The position numbers and the translations under genes are program-made. From Ramazzottius varieornatus (Eukaryota; Animalia; Tardigrada), in contig BDGG01000002.1 of NCBI GenBank assembly GCA_001949185.1, forward strand, positions 8,964,362 through 9,028,361: a stretch of DNA of 64,000 bases, written 5' to 3'. The notes under the pieces were generated by a model. The model was not told where the DNA came from. It worked only from the letters and a program-made list of their open reading frames with translations, and ran no database searches. Positions 51,661 to 63,909 of the stretch are shown here, piece after piece (position 1 is the stretch's first letter; each line of letters begins with the position of its first letter).

Positions 51661-53385
51661 ATGATCTACTATTTCTTAATAATTTACGTTTCTCCATGTG
51701 CTAACGCTCTAGTACCATGTCCAGTTTTGATCAGCGAATTCAACGTCGGGGGACACGATAATTCTGAGTTTCCCGACTACGTGGAACACAAGAATTTGTG
51801 CATCTACAAGCTTCGTCTACAAGCAACATCTACGGACACTCCTTAGTAGTGTGGGACACTTTGAACGATGTCTTGCAGTTTCAAATGGACCTATCTGGGC
51901 TATGGATACAACGTTTTTTGGTTATCGACCAGCAGTCAATAAACAGAGCAAATGTCTCAGGGTACTCGCGATTCAGTCGTGGCTGTTTCCTGCAAAATAA
52001 GGACGGTGGAGCCGATATCGTTGCCATTTACTATGAGTTCAAGTTTCAGCCGGACAGAACCTTTTACGACGAAGGACAGTATTATTTGTCAGCTCCACGA
52101 ACCATCGCATTGTTGATTATGTTATATACTTCTCTTCCGCTGACTATAATAGCACAGATTGTAATTACGCATTATACGTCGCGGATTTCATGGCCGGCGA
52201 GAGAAAAATACCTGCGCCTGCAGCAATATTTATCGAAAAAGTTCGGACTACAGACTTTGCGAGCATCCAGAAGCACTTTCCACATCGACAAACAAGGAAT
52301 ACCATGAAGGTTTGTTAACAGCCGTTTACTTATCATGCCAACGTGGTATTCTGGTCTGAACACAGCTTTTTTCAGACTCTTTCTATGGATGCTGTCCAAC
52401 GCCCGCTGGACGAATTCGATATGAACACATGTACAGCTCTCAAAAAACAGTTCTGCACGGGTTAGGAGAGCTCCTACGCCGAAAAAGCGAAAGTGTTCTG
52501 TAATAGAAGAAGAAGGTGCCCGCAAAAATGAGCTCGAGTTATTTTAAACGAGATCCGTTATGAAAGTGCAACTCCGTATTAAATGTTAATTTCAAGATTT
52601 CTCGTTCAAATTTCACATGAAAAATCGTCTTGATCAGTTCGATATTCATTCTAAACGTGGCCTCTATTTTAACAGGCAGGAATGATTTCGGTATCATTGA
52701 TCCAGGCAGAAATTTTCGGACAAATTTCCGCTGGGCAGCAGCCGCACATGGGCACCTTGACTGGTATGGCTGAGCAGTCTTTCGGCGGTGATGAGTCCCT
52801 TTATCTTCCGTCTCACCATCAGGATTTTTTCGCCTCCTACCTAAAGAAGAAAGACAGATTGGAATGGTTAGCTTACCGTCTGACAGATGGCGCCATGTAT
52901 GGTTATCATTGCTTCGATCACCGGGCTGACCATCCTCAAAGAAACACAGTTTGCGGATCTCTGGGTGGTTGACATAACCATGAGACTGGAGCTAACCAAG
53001 AAATATACTTCCACTGTTAAAGTTTTCGATCTAGTCTACACTGAAGCGTATTTCTACGTACCTTATTCATGCGGAATTTATGAACGCATTTAAAAGATAC
53101 GGCGTCGATATGGGAAACGCACACATGTCGCGGTGGGCAGCTGGAAAAATCACGACTCACATCAGCATGAAGATGCACTGTATGCTGGTGGAATGGCTGA
53201 CGAAGACACAGCCATATTTCGATGTGATGATCGACGAGAGCACTGACCGTGGTGGCTCGCAGAACCACATCATATACATTCGCGTCGAGATCGTGTCGTT
53301 CGTTTGGGGACTAGTCAAGTTGAGAAAGACCACGAGCGCTACAGACATCACCGTGGGTGTAAAACTCCGGCTTGGCAAAGTTTAA
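51661..53385 (+). pseudogene. Signal peptide plus lamin-tail-like domain, followed by the N-half of a ZNF862/C17orf113-type hAT transposase (degenerate)
   Basis: MIYYFLIIYVSPCANA..CPVLISEFNV..DYVE; GHSLVVWD..DLSG..FLVI..LQNKDGGADIVAIYY. Downstream: EWL..YHCFDH, then GVDMGNAHMSR and YFDVMIDESTDRGGSQNHIIYIR (first catalytic Asp motif). Frameshifted. Confidence 0.6.
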
Positions 53386-53519
53386 ATATAGTGGGATTAG
53401 CTGTAATTCGCTTTTATTTATCAGTATATAGTCCGTTCTCGGAAAGCCACGACAGCCAAAACCCGACTAACCTCGATTTCTATCCGAGCGTACCATACAC
53501 ATAATATACAAATTCAAAT

Positions 53520-54416
53520 TTACTGGTCGTCCATCTCTTCATCAGACTCGCCAGAATTATCAGAACCATTTCCATCTTCAATCTCGCTATCATCAGACTG
53601 AAGAAAAGAAGAGTCTTTGTAGAAACTTACGTCGAGAACATTATCATTTTCATCAACAGTATCACCCTCGCTGAGCGCAGGATATCCAGCATTAACCTCC
53701 TGAATAGCTGGAGGAGTTCAAGCTCTTCGTCTTTTCGAAGTATCTCGGAGGCGTAAAACGATTTACGCACAGTATCAACGGTGACTCTATCCCACGATCT
53801 TGATATCATATGTACAAACTCCATCTTCCCTGGGGGCGCAATGTATCCTTTCTTTGTGAAGCTGATATTATTTCTGCGCCAAGCCCGATATTCGGCCTTC
53901 AGAAGCAAACGGTACAGTCGTCTGCGGATTATACCAGAATGCCGGGGGAGCATTTGAAAGCTCACCAAACAACATGACCAGACTTATTTTTTTTCAAGTG
54001 GCGCACGCTTTGAGCCAACACCACTGAAAACGTGATACGCGATACACAAGCTTGAACATCCTCCTGAATCTCAGAACCCACATATCAGAAGCTTTGAAGT
54101 CTGTGACGCCATGGTCCCGAAGCACGATTTCGCGAGCTTTGTCCTGAAAATCGATATTCCGTAACTCGAGCTCGAGAGCCTTTTGCGCCAAAGTGAACTG
54201 GTAAACTTCGACCTCCATCTTCGGGTATTTAACGGGACTTTTCTTCCTAATTCCTGGAGGTCCAGAAGGCATGGTGATCCACCGTCCCAACGTAGAATTC
54301 GGGATATTCACTCGGACAGCGAATTCCCTGATGATCACGCCGCTGGTTGCCTTCTCAGCATGATAGTCATCCGCGATCCGGCGCTTTTCAGCGTCCGAGT
54401 AATGATTCTGACTCAT
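53520..54416 (-). mobile_element. pogo-like transposase fragment lacking the DDE core
   Basis: HTH YSDAEKRRI..IPNSTLGRW and CENP-B HTH KYPKME..FKASDMWVLRFRR, followed directly by the C-terminal LLKAEYRAW..FTKKG..SWDRV..VRKSF and an acidic tail. Confidence 0.75.
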
Positions 54417-54905
54417 CACAATGGCAATATCAAGATTTTCAGAGCAAAAAAGAAGCGCAAGAGACAAAGGAAACCTCGTTATCTGAGCCGGATAGAAATC
54501 AAGTTCTCTTGCTGACCATCGGCAGAGAAACCCCTGTAAATAAGCGATCAGCTGTTTGCGGCTGCTAGTATTAGTCAAAAAAGACTGCGACCGGGGGCTG
54601 CTTTACGCTGAGTAGGACCCAAACCTGTCCCACTTCATCGGTAGTTTAAAGTACGTGGTCGGGAAGACGGTTAGATTCGCAACTGACGGTGCGTCGGCAC
54701 TAAAGAGAGTTAACGCCGAAAGGTGTTACACTGCCATTGACGCCATTTCGGCATTTCCCTCATTACAGAATAGTAATCTGATTAGGTTGCCATGTGGATC
54801 CTGAGTAGCTTACAGTCTAAATTTATAGCTGGAGTCAGTCACTGTTTCACGAAGTGAACACGTCAGCTTTTTCTCAGCCATTTTGTCTCAGCCATAGTCT
54901 TCTCG

Positions 54906-57900
54906 ATGGCGAACTCGCGACCTCAGAGCCTACACGGGCCTATGCCTCCGGTAGCCAGCGAGAGCCCTAGTGGACGACACCGTTACGGTACCAAATACCC
55001 AGCTGGGCCAGATGATAGTCAAGTTCTTACCACGTTACCAGAGGTGCCTCTCGCCAAACGCCTTCGCTCGGCGTTGAAAGAAGTTCGTCGCCCGGTCAGT
55101 GTGGATCGGGCCTTGGAGCTGTTCGCAGAACCCGGACGAGAAGACCGACAGGGAAGCCCAAGCCGTCTGGGGAATGGATCCAGAAGACTGGAAAGTGGAT
55201 CTAGAAGACTGGAAAGACAAGGAACTGGTCCGGAAGCACTTCGCGTGTCGGATAGATCAGGAAGACAGGAAAGAAGAATGGAATACGAAGGGAGCGCGTA
55301 TGTTGGTGACCAAGTGGGACCTGGTGGACACGACGTCTTGATGGGTCACATGGGACATTCTTCCGGTGAACGATTACAAGGCGAACAAGCAGGCCGAAAT
55401 GGAAGGGATCCGTGGTTGCCTACCAACGCCACCTACCCGACACCAGAAGAGATTGCCGCCATCCTTCGTCATGTCAAGCAGCTGGAAGCTACAAACGAAT
55501 CACTCCATCATCAGGTATGCTCCTCCCCAACGTACTCAGTCTCCCGGGCTCCTTCGCCTCTACCGCAGTACGGCAATCAAATACCTTCCTCACTTACCCC
55601 AGTTGTCTACAGTGTCGTTTCAAAAAAGCCACCTCCCTCTACTCATTTCAACTTTCCCCCAGTCACTCCTACTGTTGACAAGTTGCTTCGACAAAAATCA
55701 GCCTACGTGGTCTTCCAGTATCTGGTTACTGATAGATATGTGCCTGATAACACCAAGCGCAAACAATCCGGTGACTCTAGTACAGGACACTTGGGGATCG
55801 TTGACTTGCCCTCCTGGCAAGAGGCGTTTTTGACTTTCTCTCTCTATCGGAGCTACTATTACCCCGATATGGCTATACCTTTCCTTGCCTATAGTGGCAT
55901 TATCCGGGGGTTGGCTTCACGAAAGCCTGACGTGCGCTTTTGGTTGGAATATGACCAACGTTGCCGTCAAAAGATGGCATTGCCGGATTCTGATGTGGCC
56001 GGGTGGTACCACGAGGACCGTGATATCGTTAAGGCCGTTAAAAGTAATTTCAAGCCAACTTCTACTACCACCACAGTTATCAGCGCCGTTGCTCGAGGTC
56101 CATACTCTGAGTGGATTCGCACCACTACTTGCCATATATGCAGCGAGAAGGGCCATATCGCAACAACATGCCCCAGCAAGAAAGAAGGTGTGAATAGATC
56201 TGATAGATTTTCTAACATGAAATCTGATGGCTCTAATTCTAACTCTGATGGTAATCGACCTAAAGCTGTGGTCCTGGCTTGCGGTCGTTTCAGCAAACCC
56301 GGTGGCTGCGCTGAACCATGTTATCAGAACTATGCCCATAACTGTTCGCAATGCCTCAAACCCGGGCATACTAAGCTCACCCATCGCTACGCTTAGTGTT
56401 CCATCTACTTCGCTAGCACCCGTTCCTGTTACCACTCATCATTTTACTTCTGTTGAAATTCCTGATAAAGCATACACCCCGTTGATACCAGAACGGTTTG
56501 CTCATGCCCTGAAGGAATATCCCGACTCCGAATTTGCTGATTATCTCGTCGATGGTCTTATCAACGGTTTTCGCCTGGGTTATACCGGCCCTGATGTTAC
56601 TCAAATTACTCCTAACGCTCGAACTGCTCGGGAACACCCTGAGGTCGTACGCGATTATGTAGCCAAAGAGGTCGCTGCAAAGCACACCGTTGGTCCTTTG
56701 AACCATCCGCCTTTTTCCAACGTCATTTGTTCCCCCAAGGGTGTACGCCCCAAAAAACTAGGCGGAGTTCGCCTTATTATGGACTTGCCCAGACCCTTCA
56801 GAAAGTCAGTCAACGATTACATTTCGAAAACAGATTATACCCTTAATTTCTGTTCAGTCGACGACGCCATTGATATTTGTCTTAAACTTGCAAAGGGCTG
56901 TTTGATGGCGAAACCGGATATGAAGGGCGCCTTTAGACTCATGCCAGTCGCGAAAGAGGATTGGCATCTGCTTGTTTACATGTGCGATGGAAAGTATTAT
57001 TTCGATACGGTACTGCCGTTTGGGTGTCGATCTTCACCTAGTTTGTTCGATGATCTCTCCAAAATTCTCGAATGGAAAATTAAGACCACTGGCGGAATGC
57101 TCGACGTTTTGCATTACATCGACGATTTCTGGTGGGCTGCACCTAGTTCGTCACCTGCGTGCCATCATACGTTGATTTTTATACGAACATTATGTGCACA
57201 CCTTGGTGTGCCCATAGCGGAAGAAAAAACCGAGGGCCTTACGACTAAACTCACCTTCCTCGGCATTCAACTCGATACTGAAACTCAGACTATCAGCATT
57301 CCGGAAAGTAAAGTTAAGGAAATTGAAGATTTGTTCACGGTATACAAAGCTAAAGTGAAAGCTACTAAACGGGAAATTCCTTGCATTTGCGGACAATTAG
57401 GCTTTGCAACCAAATGTATCCCGGCTGGCAGAATCTTCCTCCGAAGGATGCTCAATCTTGCACATAAGGTTAAACAACTCGACCATCCTAAACTGAAACT
57501 GAACGATAGCTTCAGAGCAGATCTGCGGTTGTTGATAGATTTTCTTCCGACATGGAATGGCTCGTGCAAGTTTCTTCTGACAAAATGGGTGGCGACCCCA
57601 AGTATGCATCTATTCACCGACGCATCAGGTAGCATCGGTTGCGGTGGTGTTTACGGCGCAGAATGGTTTCAGTTACGATGGCCAAGCTGGCTTCTTGAAG
57701 CCAAACCATCCATTGCTTTGTTGGAACTGTTGCCAGTTTTGATCTCGTGTTGTGTTTTGGGGTCAAACTGGCAGACAAAGCGAATTTCATTTCATTCCGA
57801 CAATATGTCGGTGGTCCGAATCTGGGCAAAATGTACGTCATCGAATGTCGCCATCATGACGGTGATACGCCGCATCTATTTGAAGCGGCAAACAACAATT

Positions 57901-58365
57901 TCACGCTAAAAATAACGCACATAAGCGGCGTCGATAATACGTTGGCCGATGCTATGTCTAGAATCGACAACGCGCGGTTCTTCGAAAATCATCCCAAGGC
58001 CAATACCGAGCCCATAATGGTAGACGACATCCCAGATTTTTTTGCGGGAGATCATGCTAGAACCCGGAAACTGTTCTAACTCGATGCAAGATCGCGAGAG
58101 CTGGTCAGTAAGCGATTGGCTACCTCTACCAGAAGAGGCTACCGAAATGGATCTGAGCGATTTCGCTCTTTCTGTTTGAGCCATCATCTCCCTTATCTCC
58201 CTACGGATCGCCAAACCATCAGACGGTTCGTTTCCTGGTTGGATAGCGAAGGGCTAAGCGACAGTTTATGTAGCCGGCGTACGCTCAGAACAACTGGAGC
58301 ACGGTTTCGAAGATGATGCTGAGGAAAAGCTACGAGAATATGGCTTCGATAGTGGTCTCTATGGT
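54906..58365 (+). mobile_element. DIRS-order (Ngaro-like) tyrosine-recombinase retrotransposon, 3'-damaged
   Basis: gag 54906-56396 (WLEYDQRCR, CHICSEKGHIATTC). Overlapping RT/RNaseH 56227-57909 (RLIMDL, LPFGCRSSP, HYIDDF, LTFLGI, LFTDASG, HSDN) with a frameshifted tail (HISGVDNTLADAMSR). Recombinase N-terminal LATSTRRGY..F..FC, then an internal deletion. No methyltransferase domain seen. Confidence 0.9.
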
Positions 58366-58826
58366 GTAAGTGCCAATTCTACATAATCACATAGGAAACA
58401 TAATACGTGTATTACTGTGGGTCTTTCTGGCATTTAGTCGTTGCCCCTTTGTCCACGTTCTGTAATCACATGAAAGCATAGTTTAAGTTCTACCGAGGGC
58501 TCCCCAGTCGTACGTTATGGGTATCACCCCGAAACAATACTCTCATCAAACGTTCTTACTTTCCGTAACGAATCAGGAATACCTTCAGGTGGCCTTGGAA
58601 CAATCTTCAAACATTCGATAACTCATAAGTGTGTGCCGTATTTGAGGTTTAGCGCGACCATGATCTTCGCCCACATGCACCGCATAATTATTAAACGTTT
58701 GTGCACTATAAAATGACACTTCGGTGACACCATTGACGATTAATGGAGCTCAATTGGGAATACGCCTGCTGATAATATTTCAACGTTTGCTCGTGAATGT
58801 GCATCTGAAGAGCTACTGTTCTGCAG

Positions 58827-59810
58827 GTTCTCAAAAGCCACAAAAAGACTCCAAAGCGTAATGGATCTTCTGGACCAAGATTTCATTCAGCCCAGAAAGC
58901 TTCTAGAGGTCCGGTGGATAGCGTCAAAGGAGGCCGCGATACGAGCGATTATTCGCGACTACAACGGTCTTGTCTTGGACATTGGTGAGGCCGTGACCTT
59001 GACGGCTGAAGGTGGTCCCCTGAAAGCTCGGTTGGCCAACCTCTACAACTTTATCACATTAACTCAGTATCTCCTTACTCTTCACTTTCTTCAAGATCTC
59101 CTCGCTGAGCTATCCAAATTATCGGCGAGGTTTCAGAGAGAAGATTACAGGGTTTTCGCCTTACATGACACCCTGGAAGAGTTCGTCAGGGTACTGAACA
59201 GTTGTGGGCATAACGAGTCACCGTCTATCACGGCGCTGAAGGACAGAATCAAGTTTCAACATGGCCTAGTCTTCTTTCAGGAGCGTCTAGAAACAATCGG
59301 GACACCAGTTAACGGTAAGAAACAATTAATTGTGCCGATAACATCAAATATAGCAAAGCTTTTCCTCTTTTTTTCACTGAAGACTATAACGGCAAGTCTT
59401 TTACTGCTTTCCGCAAGGAGTCCGTGGACCTACTGCAAAATGTTCTCATATTCTTCAACTTGCGTTTCCCCGAAACGGAAACGACGAGACACTTCCGGGT
59501 GTTCCAGTTGAAATGAAATTCTCGCGAGAACGGACGCTATAGCGATACCCACATACAATGCGGATAGCTATAAACGGCCGTCACCAGGAGAGATGGACTT
59601 CCTGAATATCATCATGTCATGAGAACGGTCTGGTAATTTCTTTCTTAGTGGAATCCACCTCAAGCAAGCGCCGCTGATAGTGAGAATCTCGAAGAAATAA
59701 ACTGGTTGCAAAATATTGACGCCATCTCCAGACAGCGTGCATAAGTCTAACATTATACGCGGGAAATGGCCGGAGACGAGGTAAGAGTTTTTGGCCGTAT
59801 TTGTTCATCT
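58827..59810 (+). pseudogene. C-half of the ZNF862-type hAT transposase
   Basis: KLLEVRWIASKEAAIRAIIRDY (RW motif) and LHFLQDLLAELSKLSARFQRED; weak dimerisation-like relic near 59740-59810. Confidence 0.72.
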
Positions 59811-60169
59811 AAAGACAACTGACAGTCTGTGAGAAATTGTGCCTTTCCTTGTAAGAAGAAGCATGATCGGAGCGTTACCCGAATCTAGCGAGGACCGCTA
59901 CGTTGTACGGAACACATCACTGTACTGTCTCCCCCTGGAATATTTCCACCTTATCCTTGTGGTGATTCTTCTGCCCGGAATTTCTGCCCAGCATAGCCGT
60001 AAGTTTGCCTCTGAAAGAAGGTTCCACTTGTACTCCACTTTACAGATGGTCGTAATCTAAGGTGGTTAGATCATTCGTGACTTCTAATCAGTTGTCGAAT
60101 GATCAGTAGTTACGTCAGAATACAACCATCGGTGAAGCTTCCTATACTCTTAAACATGTCTTGTTTCAG

Positions 60170-60611
60170 GCGGTAACAACCGTATCCAGCCTACTACGGT
60201 AGCTACCAATACGACTGCCCTACCGGAAGTGAAGCTGGAGGAAAGTGTCCGCCAATGTCCCGCTGCACCTCCATGTCCACCTTCTTCTCCATGCCCGGCT
60301 TTACCTCCCTGCCCAGCTATTCCTCTCTGCCAAACGTACAATCGGACGGAGCACGACCTGGAAGATCGAAAGGATCGTGGTGCCAAGCATGGGAACAGTG
60401 GTGATGGAAAGTGCCCCCCTCCGTCCGTGAAGACTTACTCGAAGGTTGCCGGTATGGAATTCGGCGCAAAAACATCCTGTGACGGAACGTCGCCGGAATT
60501 CTTTACCCTAGGACCGGGTTCGACAGGCATGCTGTGCTTTAGGGCCATTGCCCTAGGCTACTTGCAGTATCTGGACAAGAAGTACCGATCAGCTCCAGCT
60601 GATTCGACGGT
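60170..60611 (+). other. Orphan exon-like ORF with Cys/Pro repeats, truncated at the insert boundary
   Basis: Acceptor TTTCAG at 60169, then PTTVATNTT..CPAAPPCPPSSPCPALPPCPAIPLC. No recognisable domain. Confidence 0.35.
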
Positions 60612-61728
60612 CTCCAGTCGTACCGCTTTCAGCTTATCGATCCGCGAGCCTCCTTCTCCAACGTGATTTCTCTATTCTCTCAGCTGACGAGTACTGGTAA
60701 CTTTTCTAAACTTGTCCTGCACACTGGCCAGGCTACGACGCTTCTTGGAAGAGACATTGGTCCAGTAACCAACAGCACGTTTTTTGAAGGTAAAATCAGC
60801 AGCCTGGTTTGGTGCCACTTTCGGATTCGGGATTCGGGGTACAAACAGCTCATGGGAAGAAGGTTCTGTTCCACTTGAAACAGGTACGGTAAGGCGATCA
60901 TTTGGAGTGGATTCGAAGTCTGCTTCGCTATGTCCATGGAACAGGTTGGTTTCAGCGATAGACTTTTCCAGCTGATCGAACGTCGACACGCCAATCGGGA
61001 GCTCATACTGGAGATCTTTTTCAGCGGCCGATATCCGACTTCCAGCTTGATCGATCTGGACGTCCAAGAAGTCTGTAAGCACAAGACCAGACCTGCGATA
61101 TGCTTTAAGGAATCGACGAAATTGTAGAAGTTTACAGTACTCGTACCTTTGATGACTGTCTTCAACATCTTATCAGATTCGCTCGGAGAGTCGCTCAGTT
61201 GGAAATTTTGCTCGTAGTCCGACATCAGTAGGTTTAAGATGTTGAGGGGATTAACGGATTCCATGGCGCTATCGGGAGGAGCAGAAGGGAGGAAAGAAAA
61301 CTTCTCAGCACAAGTGATTAGCTTGTATTCGAAAGCATAGCTCAACTTTGTCAATCAATAACGAATCAACAACACTGAAGTCAAACCGCTTGATCGAATA
61401 AACCATGTACCGCCCAGATTTTGACGTCACTTCCGTTTCCTGTAGTGTCTTCCAGGATTTCATTGCGCAAGCTACGCCTATTTCATACGATAGAGCAGAC
61501 TATTCTCCATCATTCTATCATGGCAGAATATTTCAGAAAGGCGGAGGACAAGCATAATCCCCTCGTGAGGAATCCTAAAATCTAGTCTCTCTGGCTATGT
61601 ATTAAACGTGGAGAAGTCTTAGCAAGTCACCGGAATCCGGAAAGTTTTTTTATCACGTCTACTCCAATGCCAGACTTCCAGGTCGCTTAGTTTCTGATCC
61701 CGAAATATGAGCGGAAGGTAAACGAGCG

Positions 61729-63909
61729 ATGGAGACGGCTGCAGCTCGGTCGAGAAGGGACGAGCTTAGCGCTATTCTGCAACAAGAGGTGGTTAGTCTT
61801 GATCAGCTTCGATCCTGCTGCTTCCACGGTATCAGCTTACTTTTCCGGTCTTCTTCAACAGTCCATATTACTCTGTGCTGTCTGGAACGAATAAACCCGT
61901 TTCTGTAGGTGTCCCGGATGAACTAGGACTGCGACCGCTGTGCTGGAAGGTATCCGCTTTGTTAAGCTCAATCTTTAGAAACCGTATCTGGTGCATCGCC
62001 GACCGTGACGTCATGATTCACGCGGTCTGTTTGCTGATTTAGTGTATTTCGTGACGTCATGTGTTACTTGATGGCAATCGTGCTGTACAGTGTACATGTA
62101 AGTAGTGAATTTGTTTGAGGTGGGAACGAAGGAAATCCGCCAACGGTTCTCTGCGACAGTATACCGGTCACCGGAAAGGCATGATAATGACTAATCTGAT
62201 TGCAGTTGTTGTTGAACTACCTTCCCGAGAAGAAGTCGAAATGGGAATCAGCGCTGGTTCAGCAAAGGTCGGTTACGGAGTGGTGGTCGTACCTAGGGCC
62301 TAGTTATCCTCCTAGTTTGATCGTCTGATGGTGCCATGTTGCAGAAATTTATACCGCGTCTGGACCGAGGAATTCATCATTTCTCCTGGCAAGCAAGACT
62401 TGCCGGAGGATGCAGTGGACAGTTCATCGAGGCACGACATTACCTGCGACGACCATGTAAGACAGTAAGAGACACACAGGTACCGTAGGTAAAGACGACT
62501 GCTTTGTTGCGCCGGACTAATTTGGTGCTTTCTTCTTTAATATAGCCATTGAACCCGAACCCTCAAAGCACTTGGAGCACATACTTCAAAGACAATGAGG
62601 TCTTGGTACAGATCGACAAAGATGCTCGGTAAGAAGAACCAGACCTCTTGTTGTTTGGTCATTCTGAGACACTTTCGATCGTCTTCGTAGGCGCCTTTAT
62701 CCGGATATGTGTTTCTTCCAGCGCTCCACCGAGTTTCCGCTAAGAACAGCCGGCAGTGATGATGGAACAAAGATGGTAGCAGCCGAGTATCTCCGTAGAA
62801 GGATTGACCAATGTGTTTTAAAGTCCAATGCCATCGTGAAGAACCGCTCCGGTGGCTGGAACATCAGCGGCGGAGCCAAGCGAGCCACCCAGTACCTCAA
62901 CCTGTCCGGGACCGAAGAAGCTCACTGGGAAGTTGTGGAGCGGATGCTGTTTCTTTACGCCAAACTGAACCCTGGACAAAGTTATGTACAAGGTACGTAG
63001 GACAGTCAACAAAAACTGAAACTTTTTTCATTCGGGATTTTATCTGTATTGATGTTGAGCTTTCCTGTGGCTGATGCGCGCGTCAGGGATTTAACTAGAG
63101 GAATAGTCCCACAGTCGGCTTTGATTGGCAAAAGCGCATTCTTTTGCAGGCATGAACGAAATCATTGGACCGCTCTACTTCACTTTTTCCACGGATAAGG
63201 ACAAAACTTACCGCGAACATGCCGAAGCGGATACCTTCTTCTGTTTTACCAACCTCATGGCCGAGATCCGCGATCGGTTCATAAAGGTAAGCCACTTTGT
63301 ACCGCAATATTTTCCCTCCAAGTACTTTGCTGATACTTACTATTCGATACTACAGCATTTGGACGACTCATCCAGTGGCATAATCAGCTCGATGAACCGG
63401 CTGATGGGAATGCTGAAAGAAGCGGACGAAGTTTTGTGGAAAAGATTAATGGAGCTCGATGTGAAGCCGCAGTATTTCAGCTTTCGATGGTTGATGGTTT
63501 TGCTGTCGCAGGAATTTGCGTTACCGGAAGTGCTGCATCTTTGGGATGCCCTCTTTTCTGATGCGCACCGCTTCGACTTATTGCTCGATATTTGTGTGGC
63601 AATGCTCATGTACGTGTAACGTGTCCATCAGTCTTTGTTCACCTTTTATTGTGCTCACATTTTTTTTGTAGACTAATTCGGGACCAATTGCTGGACGGCG
63701 ACTTTGCTGCTACCATGAAACTACTGCAGGTAAACGTCAAAGGGTAATGTAATGCATCGATACTGTTTTCACCATTGTTCTGGTCTTTGCTGTAGAACTA
63801 TCCGATATCGGATGTCGACCAAATTCTGTGCAAAGCTGTACAGCTTCGTCGGCGTGTGCTCGATAACCTGGAGCAATTGCCAGAACATCCGCTCGAGCTA
63901 ACGCCCTGA
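61729..63909 (+). CDS. TBC1D13: TBC1 domain family member 13 (Rab GAP), multi-exon
   Basis: GLRPLCWK|LLLNYLP; DH|PLNPNPQSTWSTYFKDNEVLVQIDKDAR|RLYPDMCFF; HWEVVERMLFLYAKLNPGQSYVQGMNE; HAEADTFFCFTNLMAEIRDRFIK; PQYFSFRW; LLQ|NYP. Confidence 0.96.

Larger units (their letters stand above)
49624..61565 (-). mobile_element. Tc4/Tc5-like transposon interrupted by a 9.5-kb insert
   Basis: ~160-bp TIRs starting CGA(A/G)GGGATTATGCTTGTCC at both ends; flanks C-TAA and TGA-G resemble the CTNAG target. Transposase N-half at 61264-60612. C-half at 51110-49950 has FTASPHW, NADQSGF, LADS, RPLD and the terminal CGWC..CFHHF finger. Stops and frameshifts present. Confidence 0.85.
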
